Positions 16,518 through 26,268 are shown, counted from the stretch's first letter. The stretch: DNA of 64,000 bases from an uncultured bacterium (GCA_963744655.1 CAVUUJ010000002.1:1277864-1341863); one strand, 5' to 3'. Notes: generated by a model from the letters alone, not told the origin. Numbers and translations are program-made.

Positions 16518-18094
16518 GCGGCGCGCGCGGAAAGGCGAAGGAGCCGGGCGCGGCGCGCGGGGGCGCGAACCTGCTGGTCGTCTGCACGGACCAGCAGCAC
16601 CCGCTGCTCTCCGGCTTCCGCGGCCACCCGTTCGTGGAGACGCCCCACCTCGACCGGCTGGCCGCGCAGGGCGCGCAGTTCACGCGCGCGTACTGTACCA
16701 ACCCCATCTGCACCCCCAGCCGCATGAGCCTGCTGACCGGGCGCTACACGCACGAGATCGGCGTGCCGAACAACGGCTTCCCGCTCGATCCCGCGCTCCC
16801 CACCTGGCCCCGTCTGCTGGACCGCGCGGGCATCGAGAGCACGATGCTCGGCAAGATGGACCTGTGCGGCGACTACCAGGACGGGGGGTTCACGCACCAC
16901 CGGATCATCCGGCGCCGGGCCGCGCACCCGGCGATGACCGCGGAGCCGCCCTACCGCATGACGGCGCCGCTCCGCGAACGGATGCCCGCGGCCAGCCGCT
17001 CGTGGCGCCCCGTGTCGCGCGCCCTGCGCCACGCGGGGCCGCGCACCCACCGCATCCTCTGCCGCGAGAAGTTCGAGGCGAACGAGATCGACGGCGAGAA
17101 CGACGATTTCCTGGGCAACTACGACCACGACGTCATCGTCACCGACTGGGCCGTGGACGCCCTGAAGGAGAAGGGCGCGGCGCATCGCGCGGGCGGGGCG
17201 GCGCCCTGGGCGCTCTACGTCGGCCTGATCCTGCCGCACGAGCCGTTCACCATCCCCGCCGCGTACTACGACCGCTACTACCCCGACCGCGTCGCCCGGC
17301 CGGTCGACGCCCGCTTCCCCAACCCGGACCTGCACCCCGCCCTGCGGTTCCTGCAGCGGGCCCACGGCACGGGCACGCCGACGGAGGACGACCTGCGCCG
17401 CGCGCTGGCCGCGTACTACGGCATGGTGACCTGCGCCGACGAGCTGCTCGGCCGGATCCTCGGCGAGCTCGAGCGGCAGGGCCTGGCGGAGGACACGCTG
17501 GTGGTCTTCACCTCCGACCACGGCGAGTCGCTCGGCGAGCACGGGCTCTTCTTCAAGAAGTGCAGCTACGAGGGCTCCGCCGGCGTCCCGCTCGTCCTGC
17601 GCGGCCCCGGCGTGCCCGCCGGGGCGCGGGTCGACGCGCCGGTGAGCCTGGTCGACCTGCCGCCCACCCTGCTCCGCGCCGCCGGGTTGACGCCGGGGCC
17701 GGGCCTGCCCGGCATGGACCTGCGGGCCGTCGCCGCCGGCGCGCCGCCGCCGCGCGATTTCGCCTTCGCCGAGTACCATGGCTACTTCATGCGGCACGAC
17801 TGGTTCATGACCGTGCACGACGGCATGAAGTACACGTGGTACAGCGACGGCGAGCGGCCCACGCTGTTCGACCTCGAGCGCGACCCGCACGAGCTGCGCG
17901 ACGTGGCCGCCGACCCCGCCTACACGGACCGGCTACGCGCCTGCCGAGAGCGGCTGCTGGCCGTGTGCGATCCCGGGGCCGAAAGCCGCCGGGCCCGGGA
18001 CCTGCTCGGGCTGATCGGCCCGGACGGCGAGGACTACCTGTGCGGGGAGGCGACGGCGCGCGGGTCAACGCCTGACGGGAGGAAGACGCCATGA
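16514..18094 (+). CDS. Cys-type sulfatase with no obvious signal peptide
   Basis: GTG start in a GTGA overlap at 16514-16517. Motifs NLLVVCTDQQH, NPICTPSRMSLLTGR (CxPxR), VVFTSDHGESLGEHG and FDLERDPHELRD. Confidence 0.8.
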   Translation: MSGARGKAKEPGAARGGANLLVVCTDQQHPLLSGFRGHPFVETPHLDRLAAQGAQFTRAYCTNPICTPSRMSLLTGRYTHEIGVPNNGFPLDPALPTWPRLLDRAGIESTMLGKMDLCGDYQDGGFTHHRIIRRRAAHPAMTAEPPYRMTAPLRERMPAASRSWRPVSRALRHAGPRTHRILCREKFEANEIDGENDDFLGNYDHDVIVTDWAVDALKEKGAAHRAGGAAPWALYVGLILPHEPFTIPAAYYDRYYPDRVARPVDARFPNPDLHPALRFLQRAHGTGTPTEDDLRRALAAYYGMVTCADELLGRILGELERQGLAEDTLVVFTSDHGESLGEHGLFFKKCSYEGSAGVPLVLRGPGVPAGARVDAPVSLVDLPPTLLRAAGLTPGPGLPGMDLRAVAAGAPPPRDFAFAEYHGYFMRHDWFMTVHDGMKYTWYSDGERPTLFDLERDPHELRDVAADPAYTDRLRACRERLLAVCDPGAESRRARDLLGLIGPDGEDYLCGEATARGSTPDGRKTP

Positions 18095-19692
18095 CGGACG
18101 GAAGCCGCAGCACGCCACACGAAGCCGGAGAGGCCGCCGGGGGGCCGGACATCGTCCTGGTCCTCTTCGACCAGCTCTCCGCCAAGTGGCTCGAGGCGGC
18201 GCAGGCCGGGGCCTGCCCCGTGCCGCACCTCGACCGGCTCGCGGCCGAGGGCGTCTCTTTCCGCCGCGCGATCACGAGCAACCCCGTCTGCTGCCCCGCG
18301 CGCGCCACGCTCGCCACGGGCCGCACCTCGCGCCAGCACGGCGTGCTCCAGAACGGCTACGCGCTCGACCCCGCAATCCCCACCTTCATGCGCCTGCTCC
18401 AGCAGGCCGGCCGCCGCACCGGCTGCTTCGGCAAGCTGCACCTGCATCCGCACTTCGCCGGGCTGCGCCCGGACTACTCCGTGTACGGGTTCGACGTCAC
18501 GCGCCTCACCGAGGACCCGCGCGGCGGCGCGTGGCTGGACGGGGTGGAAGCGGAGTACCCGGAGCACTACGAGGCGGCGCTGGCCACGATCTGGGCGGGC
18601 TCCATCCCCGAGTTCGCCGCCTACGGCCCGGACCGTCGCGACCTGCGGCCCCGCATCCGCGCGGCGCGCGAGGGGCGGGACTGGACCTCGCCCGAGGTGC
18701 CGGACGGCGACGCGCGCCACGCCGTGCTGCCCTTCCCCGACGAGGTGAGCCAGACGGAGTGGATCACGCGCGGCGCGGAGGCGTTCATCGCGGAGACGCC
18801 GCCGGACCGGGCGCTCTTCGCCCACGTCGGCTACGTCCAGCCGCACAGTCCCTTCCAGGCCCCGGCCGCGTACTTCCGGGACCTGGACGACGCGCGCATC
18901 CCCGACGCCCTCCCCGCGACCTGGCGGGACGACCCGCACCACCCCCGCTGCTGGGACGGAGGCGGCGCGGCGGAGGACCTGCCGCCGGAGCGGGTCCGCT
19001 CCATGCGCCGCTGCTATTTCGCCGACCTCGCCCACCTCGACGCCCAGGTCGGCCGGATTCGCGCCGCGCTGGAAGCCGCCGGGCGGTGGGAGCGCACGCT
19101 GCTCGTCGTCGCGGCCGACCACGGGGAACTGCTCTACGACCACGCCCACCACGGCAAGGGCAACCCGCACTACGACGCCTGCGTGCGCGTGCCGCTGCTC
19201 GTCGCCGGGCCCGGCCTGCGCGGCGGACTCGTCCGCGACGAGTTCGTGCAGCTCGAGGACCTGTTCCCCACGTTCCTCGACGCCGCCGGCCTCGAGGCGC
19301 CCGCGCCCCCCGCCGCCGGCCCCTACCTGCGCGGCGTCCAACCGGCCCGCCTGCCGGGCCGCTCCCTGCTGCCGCTCTGCCGCGGCGAGGCCGCGCCGGC
19401 GGACGGGCGGGACCACGCCTACGCGGAGAGCTACAGCGATATCTTCTCCTGCACGCCCGACGCCTGGGCCCGCACCGTGCGGACCGACCGCTGGCGCTAC
19501 ACCCGGTTCCCCGGCGGCGCCGGGGAGCAGCTCTTCGACCTCGAACGCGACCCCGACGAGCTCGTCAACCGCGTCGCCGACCCCGCCTGCCGGGACGCGC
19601 TGACCGAACTGCGCGAACGGCTGCTCGATGCCGTCATCCTCCAGGACCACCCCCACCCGCCCCGCGGCCTCTTCTCGCACGGCGTGCACTGA
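18091..19692 (+). CDS. Cys-type sulfatase with no obvious signal peptide
   Basis: 533-aa ORF with an ATGA overlap at 18091-18094. Motifs IVLVLFDQLSAKW, NPVCCPARATLATGR, LLVVAADHGELL and FDLERDPDELVN. Confidence 0.8.
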   Translation: MTDGSRSTPHEAGEAAGGPDIVLVLFDQLSAKWLEAAQAGACPVPHLDRLAAEGVSFRRAITSNPVCCPARATLATGRTSRQHGVLQNGYALDPAIPTFMRLLQQAGRRTGCFGKLHLHPHFAGLRPDYSVYGFDVTRLTEDPRGGAWLDGVEAEYPEHYEAALATIWAGSIPEFAAYGPDRRDLRPRIRAAREGRDWTSPEVPDGDARHAVLPFPDEVSQTEWITRGAEAFIAETPPDRALFAHVGYVQPHSPFQAPAAYFRDLDDARIPDALPATWRDDPHHPRCWDGGGAAEDLPPERVRSMRRCYFADLAHLDAQVGRIRAALEAAGRWERTLLVVAADHGELLYDHAHHGKGNPHYDACVRVPLLVAGPGLRGGLVRDEFVQLEDLFPTFLDAAGLEAPAPPAAGPYLRGVQPARLPGRSLLPLCRGEAAPADGRDHAYAESYSDIFSCTPDAWARTVRTDRWRYTRFPGGAGEQLFDLERDPDELVNRVADPACRDALTELRERLLDAVILQDHPHPPRGLFSHGVH

Positions 19693-19915
19693 GCGCCCCT
19701 GCAGGTGTTCAATATTGCCGTCGCGACGGCCGCCCAAACGAAGGTTATCGCCCCCTCGCGCAACATGAGCTGTCAACCAGTTCTCCTCAGGTAGGAGTCC
19801 CGGCATCCCCCTCAAGAGCGTCTCGGAATAGGCCGTGCTTCTGCCGGAGCACTCGGCATCTCTTCATGCTCCTCTGTGCTTTCGGACATTCACCGCCTTC
19901 CACTGCAGTAATGCT

Positions 19916-19946
19916 TCTCCTTCGACGTCTAACGTCGTCGGAATCC
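19916..19946 (+). repeat. 31-bp perfect direct repeat, left copy (TCTCCTTCGACGTCTAACGTCGTCGGAATCC)
   Basis: An identical 31-mer recurs at 21020-21050. The pair brackets the PEP-CTERM cassette. Confidence 0.9.
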
Positions 19947-20024
19947 GAACGGGCCGGAGGCGCCGGCTGGAGCCGAAGGCCGGCGTAGTCATAAAAGACT
20001 AACACAAATTGGAAAAAAGCACTT

Positions 20025-20053
20025 TACAGTTGGGGGGGGGGGGGGGTAGAAAG
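20025..20053 (+). promoter_or_regulatory. candidate sigma70-like promoter TTTACA-N17-TAGAAA whose spacer contains an uninterrupted G14 run (20034-20047)
   Basis: An A-rich tract lies upstream (AAAAGACTAACACAAATTGGAAAAAAGCAC). The same -35/17-nt G-rich spacer/TA-hexamer layout is seen at 26675-26703 and 29027-29055. Confidence 0.45.
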
Positions 20054-20134
20054 GACATCGTAATCGGCGGAGAGGTCCTGTTCAGCATGGGGTCGGCACA
20101 GGCGATGGAAGCCGCCGGATGAGGAGAACAAGAG

Positions 20135-20902
20135 ATGAAGAAGCGAGCAATCAGTGGCCTGATCTGCGTCGGCCTGTTGCTGGTCGCATTGTCGGCCGTG
20201 AGCGTTCATGCGGCGGTCATAACGGGGTTCACGACAGCAGAAGGCTATGACTTCGGAACAACCTACTGGAAGCATCCGAAGACGTTGACCAGCTACACGA
20301 CGGCCAACGGGACCGTCGATGGGACGAACTTCCACGCGGCCGACACGGCGACCGCCCATGCTAACTACTACTACGGCGAGCAGAGCACCGATCCGGGCAG
20401 CTCCGCGGGGCTGCTCGAGAACCTGGACGTCATGACCGGGTACGTCAACATAGCGGGGCAGACGAACTACGACTTCATGTTCAACGCGCCCTACCGCTTC
20501 AGCAGCGCGACGGGCAACCCCGGTAACGATGACGACTTCTTCGTGTTCGAGATATCGCCTAGCGATAGTCCCGACAACGTGACGCTGCAGGCTCTGGACT
20601 CCAGTTCCTCGCCCCTCGGCTCCGCGGTGTTCCTCAACCAGACGGCCATCCCCGGTGACGTGATCCGCTTCCGCGCCCCGAATCCCGCCCAGACTGACAT
20701 GAGCGGGTGGGGGTTCGATTACGACGATTTCGGAGTGGCGGATGCGACCCAGATCGCCGGCCTGCGCATCTACGATAGCCGCTCCGGCGGCGGCTTCGAT
20801 CCGGGCGTCGTAGGCATCAACAATGCCATCCCCGAGCCGGGGACGCTCGGCCTGCTCGGCGTGGCGGTGGCGGCCATGCTGCTCCGCCGGCGCCGTGCGT
20901 AA
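20135..20902 (+). CDS. PEP-CTERM sorting-domain protein
   Basis: 255-aa ORF. Signal peptide MKKRAISGLICVGLLLVALSAVSVHA. C-terminus IPEPGTLGLLGVAVAAMLLRRRRA*. RGGAG-like RBS. Confidence 0.85.
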   Translation: MKKRAISGLICVGLLLVALSAVSVHAAVITGFTTAEGYDFGTTYWKHPKTLTSYTTANGTVDGTNFHAADTATAHANYYYGEQSTDPGSSAGLLENLDVMTGYVNIAGQTNYDFMFNAPYRFSSATGNPGNDDDFFVFEISPSDSPDNVTLQALDSSSSPLGSAVFLNQTAIPGDVIRFRAPNPAQTDMSGWGFDYDDFGVADATQIAGLRIYDSRSGGGFDPGVVGINNAIPEPGTLGLLGVAVAAMLLRRRRA

Positions 20903-20927
20903 CAGACGGCGACAGCGCTCCATTCGG

Positions 20928-20965
20928 GCGGGCCCTCCCGGCGGGAGGGCCCGCTCTTCTTCTTC
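20928..20965 (+). terminator. Rho-independent terminator candidate
   Basis: Stem GCGGGCCCTCCC / GGGAGGGCCCGC with a 3-nt loop, followed by TCTTCTTCTTC. It lies 26 nt after the TAA. Confidence 0.6.
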
Positions 20966-21019
20966 GCCCCCGTCACAGGGGGGGGTGGTGCGTGATTGAG
21001 CGCCCCCGCCGGGCGGGCC

Positions 21020-21050
21020 TCTCCTTCGACGTCTAACGTCGTCGGAATCC
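21020..21050 (+). repeat. 31-bp perfect direct repeat, right copy
   Basis: Identical to 19916-19946. It is followed (21051-21150) by a ~100-nt repeat that also occurs at 4751-4870. Confidence 0.9.
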
Positions 21051-21628
21051 TCCTCATCCATGCGTTACGCGGACAATGGGGGCTGAAATGGCCCTTGGAG
21101 CGTTTCTGAGGGCGGGTTCCGGCGTCTCCAAGGCGGTTTGACCGAGAAGGCGCCCGGGGCGGCCGGGCTCGACAGGCTGCTCTCCTTCACCTGCCCACGT
21201 ACGGAAGAGGCGGGCAGGGCGTTCGGCGCCATTCCGGCAGCGGGGTGCCGCCGTGGCCGGGAAGGTCAGGTCTCTCGGATTCCGCCCTTCGCAGGAGCGT
21301 CGCGTTCCGGGCCGCGGCGGCCCGGGTCCGGTGAGCCCGTCGGACCCGGGCACCGGGTGCGGCCGGTCCCCTTCGCCCGCCGTATCGTGCCCCCCGTTCC
21401 GCGCGGCGCCGGCCGCTGCCGGCCGCGGACCCGCAACACCGGGGCCGGCGGCTTTCGGCCCGGGGGCGGTCGGTGGTTGACGTGACCCGCGGGCCGGTGT
21501 TCTGCTTCGCCCGCACGGAGACGGAGACGCGGGGGAGGGCGGGCCTCCCCGGCGAGGCGTGGATCCGGGCCCGGGTGACCCGGCAGGCGCCTCACCTCGC
21601 GCCGATGTGCACAACAGGAGATCGTCCC

Positions 21629-24600
21629 ATGGCTCTTCGCACCGCGCTTTCCGCCCTGCTCTCCCTGCTCCTCGCCGGCCCCCTGTTCGCGGCCCGGGAA
21701 GGCGAGTACTTCAGGGAAGACCGCAACCTGGGGCAGGTGGACAGGGGGGTCGACCGGATCGAAGGCCTCCTGTTCTGGCTCAAGAGCGATGCGGGCGTGG
21801 AAGTGGACGAGCAGGGCCATGTCGTCGCCTGGACGGACGCGTCCGGCCGCGGGCATGTCTTCGAGGCCCTCCCCGGGGCCGCCCACCCCGCCAGGCTGAC
21901 CCCGGGGGTCGTCCGTGGCCGGCCCGCGCTGACCTTCACGGCCGCCCAGCACAAGCCGGGCGGGCTGGTCAACCGGGAGATCGGTATCGACCCGGCCAAG
22001 GGGCTCTCGCTGGTCCTGCTTGCGCGCGTCGCGGGCATGGATCGCCACGCGTTCCTCGTCGTCTACGGCGACCAGTACAGGACCAAGGGCTCCCTCGGCA
22101 TCGGCTCGACGGGTTACGAGACGTACGGCAAGAGCTGGTGGCGGGTCGTGGCGGACTCGGAGGAGCTCTTCAAGTCCACGGACGACAACATCGCCGGCAA
22201 GGGCTTCGTGCTCTTCGTGGCCGCCTACGATCCGGGCACGAAGACCCTGACCGCCTACCAGGACGGTGTGCAGGTCGGACAACGGGAGTGCGACCTTGCC
22301 CTGGCGCCCGGGCACCCCTTCGGCATCGGCGCGGAACCCCGCGGTCAATGGTCCTTCGGCGGCGAGGTGCTCGAAGCGCTTGCCTACAACCATGCCATGG
22401 ATCGGGACGAGGTGCGGGCTCTCACCCGGGCCATCCTGTCCCGGCATGGTCTCGGGGGCGCGCCCGTGAGTTCCATGGCCCCGCTCCTGCCCTTCGCCTA
22501 CTACCCCTCCAGGAACCAGATGGAGGTGGCCGTGGAGCTGAGCCCGGACCTGCTGCGGAAGGCGGGCACCACGCCCGGGGAGGTCCGGGTTCGCGTGCGC
22601 GACGCCGGGACCCGGGCGGTCGTCGCCACGGGCACGGTGCCGCTCGACGCCCAGGCCCGGGGCCAGGCGCTGTTCGACGTGCCGGACTTACCCGACGGCG
22701 AGTACGCCGTGGAGTACGTCATCGGAAGGCACGTCGAGATCTCGCCCAAGACCTTCCGGCGCATACATTTCCCCTTCGAGACCTCGTCCCTCGGCGAGGA
22801 ACACGAGGTCTACCCCCCGTTCACACCCGTCGAGGTCGAGGGCGCGTCCGTGTCCGTGGTGGGCCGCACCTACACCCTGAACGCCTTCGGTCTCTTCGAC
22901 CAGGTCACCAGCCTCGGCCGCCCCCTCCTGGCCGGCCCCATCGCCCTTCACGGCCGGACCGGGGCCGGCCCGATCCGGTGGCAGCCGGGCGCGCTGGAGG
23001 GCAAGCGCGTCCACGACGACGAGGCGCTCTTCCACGCGGCCTGCGCGGGCTCGGGGGTGCGGGTCCGAACCCGGACCGTGATCCAGGAGGACGGGTGCGC
23101 CCGCATCGACATGATCCTCAAGCCCGGCGCGGACCGGGCCGAGATCGAGCGGCTCGTGCTGGAGATTCCCTTCCGGGACCGCGAGGCCCCCCTGTTTCAC
23201 TACGTCGCGGACAACGGCATGCGCTTCAACTACGCGGGCCGCACCCCGCGGGGCGGCACGATCGAGTGGTACAGCGAGCCGTGGGACGGCTGGGTGCCCA
23301 TCCGGTGGCGCGTCAGGCAGCCCGGCCCGGACGACGGCGTGATCTGGACCGGCGCGCATCCGCGCCAGCACGGCAACACCCAGCGCTGGGATCACCGGCC
23401 GTTCGCGCCCTATATCTGGCTCGGCGCGGAGCAGCGGGGGCTGGCCTTCTTCATGGAGAGCGAACGGGGCTTCGAGACCGACTACCGCACGCCGGTGCAA
23501 CAGCTGATCCGCCGGGGCGACGAGGTGATCCTGCGCGTGGAGATCTTCCAGCGGCCCGTGACCCTCACGCGTCCCCGCCGTCTGACCTTCGGCCTCATGG
23601 CCAGTCCGGGCAAACCGATGGAGGAGCGGTTCCGCACCCGGACCCTGGCCTCGGGCATAGGACCCGTGTCCTGCTGGGGGGGCTGGCAGTGTTCGAGCAA
23701 GTACCCGGACCACCGCGACTGGACCCTCGTGGACCGGATCCAGGAGATCCGCAGGCGGGGCGAGTACACGGAAGCGGACCAGCAGTGGTTCGAAGCCAAG
23801 GCCGAGGACGTCCGGGCGCGCTGGCCCGAGCGCAAGATCAACGGCAGTTCCGACTGGCTCTGGCTCACCACCCTCTTCGCCCGCCGCGCGGCGGAAAAGG
23901 GGGCCGGGCATTCCGGCACTTACTTCGAGGAGCACGCCACCGATCCGCTCCTGCCCGAATGGCAGGTCTTCCAGGACGAGTGGGCCAGTTCCGAGTTCAA
24001 CCGCTTCCGCGAGCGCAGCGCCAACTGGGGCGTCTTCTCGCCGAGTTACCACGATTTCGCGCTCTACATGGCCAACGAGTGGATGCGGCGCGGGGTGAGC
24101 CTCTACTTCGACAACACGAACCCCAAGCGGTGCTACAACGAACGCTTCGGCCCCGCGTTCCGCGGCCCCGACGGCGCCCTGCGCTACGGCATCAGCCTCT
24201 TCGGCCAGCGCCGCTACTACCGGCGCGTGTACAAGCTGCTGAGCAAGTGGAACGAGAAGGGCGCCCCGTACCCGGTCGACTTCACCCTGCACATCACCAA
24301 TACGCAGACGCTTCCGTTCAACACGTGGGCGACCGCCACCCTGGACCTCGAGCAGCGAGCGCACACGCTCAACCCGGAGTTCTTCCCGCCGGAGACCGAG
24401 ATGACCGTGGCCGAACTCACGGCGGGCAGGGGCCGGATCGTCACCGAGCGCGCCCGGGAGCGCCACGCGGCCCGGGAGGAGAAGGCCCGTCGCGCCGGGT
24501 ACCAGCTGCCCTGGCCGCCGGACTACACGCGCACCGTCACCTTCGGCCGCCAGGTCGGAGCCATCCCCCTGGCGCTCGACTTCGTCAGCGGCCACAGCCG

Positions 24601-25141
24601 GCACCATGGCCCCGACTACACGCCGGCGATGGTGCTGCGCAACTGGGCCATGCGCCGCCTTCACGACATCCGCGCGGGGGCCCTGTACTACAAGAGCGCC
24701 GCCCGGGCCCGGGACTACGAGGCCCTCCTGCTCGGCTTCGGGTACGGCGACGCCGACCGGGTGGCGGAGAGCAACTACTGGGAGCCGGACCCCGCCGTCC
24801 GGGTTGGCGACCCCCGCATCAAGTGGATGGCCCTGACCCGGCGCGACCCCGGCGCGGACCCCTTCGGCCTCCTGCTGCTGCAGAGCTACACCCGTGCCGA
24901 CGCGGTGACCGCGCAGGTGACCCTCCCGGGGGCCGCGGCCCTGGTGGACGTGGAAACCCGCGAGCGCATCGCGGTGGCCGGGGACCGGGCCGCCGTGACC
25001 ATGCCCGCCAATTTCTCGACGCGCATGTTCCTCGCGGTCCGGGATCCCGAACGGGCGGCGAGCCTGGCCCGGTCCCAAGGCATACGGGTGGAGGACCTGG
25101 CGCCGCCCCCTGTCCCGGGGTCGGCCGACGGATCGCCCTGA
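21629..25141 (+). CDS. giant-paralog family member B (N-terminal LamG/concanavalin-like module)
   Basis: Start MALRTALSALLSLLLAGPLFA (ATG 21629, CAGGAG RBS 8 nt upstream). LamG-like block: FWLKSDAGVEVDEQGHVVAWTD...FVLFVAAYDPGTKTLTAYQDGVQVG...FGGEVLEALAYNHAMDRDEV. Family motifs FPFETSSLG..VYPPFTPV, LTFGLMASPGKP and SLYFDNTNP. Confidence 0.8.
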   Translation: MALRTALSALLSLLLAGPLFAAREGEYFREDRNLGQVDRGVDRIEGLLFWLKSDAGVEVDEQGHVVAWTDASGRGHVFEALPGAAHPARLTPGVVRGRPALTFTAAQHKPGGLVNREIGIDPAKGLSLVLLARVAGMDRHAFLVVYGDQYRTKGSLGIGSTGYETYGKSWWRVVADSEELFKSTDDNIAGKGFVLFVAAYDPGTKTLTAYQDGVQVGQRECDLALAPGHPFGIGAEPRGQWSFGGEVLEALAYNHAMDRDEVRALTRAILSRHGLGGAPVSSMAPLLPFAYYPSRNQMEVAVELSPDLLRKAGTTPGEVRVRVRDAGTRAVVATGTVPLDAQARGQALFDVPDLPDGEYAVEYVIGRHVEISPKTFRRIHFPFETSSLGEEHEVYPPFTPVEVEGASVSVVGRTYTLNAFGLFDQVTSLGRPLLAGPIALHGRTGAGPIRWQPGALEGKRVHDDEALFHAACAGSGVRVRTRTVIQEDGCARIDMILKPGADRAEIERLVLEIPFRDREAPLFHYVADNGMRFNYAGRTPRGGTIEWYSEPWDGWVPIRWRVRQPGPDDGVIWTGAHPRQHGNTQRWDHRPFAPYIWLGAEQRGLAFFMESERGFETDYRTPVQQLIRRGDEVILRVEIFQRPVTLTRPRRLTFGLMASPGKPMEERFRTRTLASGIGPVSCWGGWQCSSKYPDHRDWTLVDRIQEIRRRGEYTEADQQWFEAKAEDVRARWPERKINGSSDWLWLTTLFARRAAEKGAGHSGTYFEEHATDPLLPEWQVFQDEWASSEFNRFRERSANWGVFSPSYHDFALYMANEWMRRGVSLYFDNTNPKRCYNERFGPAFRGPDGALRYGISLFGQRRYYRRVYKLLSKWNEKGAPYPVDFTLHITNTQTLPFNTWATATLDLEQRAHTLNPEFFPPETEMTVAELTAGRGRIVTERARERHAAREEKARRAGYQLPWPPDYTRTVTFGRQVGAIPLALDFVSGHSRHHGPDYTPAMVLRNWAMRRLHDIRAGALYYKSAARARDYEALLLGFGYGDADRVAESNYWEPDPAVRVGDPRIKWMALTRRDPGADPFGLLLLQSYTRADAVTAQVTLPGAAALVDVETRERIAVAGDRAAVTMPANFSTRMFLAVRDPERAASLARSQGIRVEDLAPPPVPGSADGSP

Positions 25142-25194
25142 ACGCGCCGGGGCCGACCGGCGCGTCCCCCTGGCGCCGGAGAAAGGATGTGTGC

Positions 25195-26268
25195 ATGAAC
25201 GTCGCCGAACGCTACCTGGCTTTCATGAGGTACGAGACGGTGGACCGGCCGCCGCTCGTCCTGCCCGGCGGGATCTTTCCGGTGACCCGGCGGCGCTGGG
25301 AGCGGGAAGGGCTGCCCGCGGGGGTCGACCTCAACGAGTTCTTCGGCGGCGAGCCCATGCCCGTCCGGCCGCTGGCCCTCGACACCCTGCTCCGCCCGCC
25401 CTTCGAGGAAGAGATCCTGGAGGAAACCGGCGAGTTCGTCGTGAAGATCGACCAGCACGGCGTGAAGTGCCGGAACTTCAAGGACGAGACCTCGATGTCC
25501 GAGCATCTCGAGTATCCGGTCAAGGGACCGGAGGACCTGGCCTGGCTGCGCCGGCGTCTCGACCCCGCCGCGCCCGGCCGCATCGCGCCCGACTGGCTTG
25601 AACGGGCGCGGGAGAGCCGGGCGCGCGGGGTGCTGACACAGATCAACGGCGGCATGTACTTCGCCTTCCTCAACGAGCACATGGGCACGGAGGCGGCCCT
25701 CGTGGCCTACTTCGACACCCCCGAACTCGTTCACGAGGTCAACGAGCTGCAGTGCCGCCTCTGCGAGCAGGCCATGAACACGGCGCTGCCCCGCTTCAAG
25801 CCCGACCGCATCGGCTACCACGAGGACATGGCCTACAAGAACGGCAGCATGATCTCGCCGGCCATGTTCCGCGAGTTCATGACGCCCTACTACAAGCGGG
25901 TGACGTCGATCACCTCGCGGCATGGCCTCGACCATCACCTGATGGACAGCGACGGCGATATCCGCGAGCTCATCCCGCTCTGGCTCGAGTGCGGGATCAA
26001 CGCCTTCGCCCCGCTCGAAGTGGCCGCCGGCATGGACGTCGTGGCGCTGCGCGAGGAATACGGCCCGGCGATCAGGATGGAGGGCGGGTTCGACAAGCGC
26101 ATCCTCGCCTCGGACAAGCCCTCCATCCGGCGCGAGTTCGAGCGGCTGGCGCCGGTAATCGACGGCGGCGGCTACCTGCTCAGTTGCGACCACACCGTGC
26201 CGCACAACGTGCCGCTGGAGAACTACGCCTACCTCGTGGAACTGATGAAGGTCCATTTCGGCATGTGA
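25195..26268 (+). CDS. URO-D-superfamily protein, DSDGD subtype
   Basis: ATG 25195 with a GGAGAAAGGA RBS. Motifs YKNGSMISPAMFREFMTPYYKRVTSI, HHLMDSDGDIRELIPLWLECGINAFAPLE and LLSCDHTVPHNV. Confidence 0.8.
   Translation: MNVAERYLAFMRYETVDRPPLVLPGGIFPVTRRRWEREGLPAGVDLNEFFGGEPMPVRPLALDTLLRPPFEEEILEETGEFVVKIDQHGVKCRNFKDETSMSEHLEYPVKGPEDLAWLRRRLDPAAPGRIAPDWLERARESRARGVLTQINGGMYFAFLNEHMGTEAALVAYFDTPELVHEVNELQCRLCEQAMNTALPRFKPDRIGYHEDMAYKNGSMISPAMFREFMTPYYKRVTSITSRHGLDHHLMDSDGDIRELIPLWLECGINAFAPLEVAAGMDVVALREEYGPAIRMEGGFDKRILASDKPSIRREFERLAPVIDGGGYLLSCDHTVPHNVPLENYAYLVELMKVHFGM

Noticed and set aside
19787-20005. 72-aa minus-strand ORF in the lower-GC spacer upstream of the PEP-CTERM gene.
   Set aside because: No RBS and no recognisable motif. 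It overlaps the 31-bp repeat and the A-rich promoter-upstream tract. It is most likely non-coding.
20034-20047. Dismissing the G14 run as a pure sequencing artefact.
   Set aside because: Not dismissed. The tract sits in a spacer whose total length (17 nt) matches the two paralogous promoter-like elements. The tract length itself is the least reliable base call in the window, so it is reported as a finding with that caveat.
20903-21628. ORFs filling the 725-bp gap (21054..21614 -, 21138..21485 +, 21187..21516 -, 21253..21480 +). Similar ORFs fill the gaps at 26269-26766, 40528-40933 and 46633-47380.
   Set aside because: All are Arg/Pro/Gly-rich, overlap each other in several frames and coincide with dispersed repeats. 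They are treated as long repeat-bearing intergenic regions.
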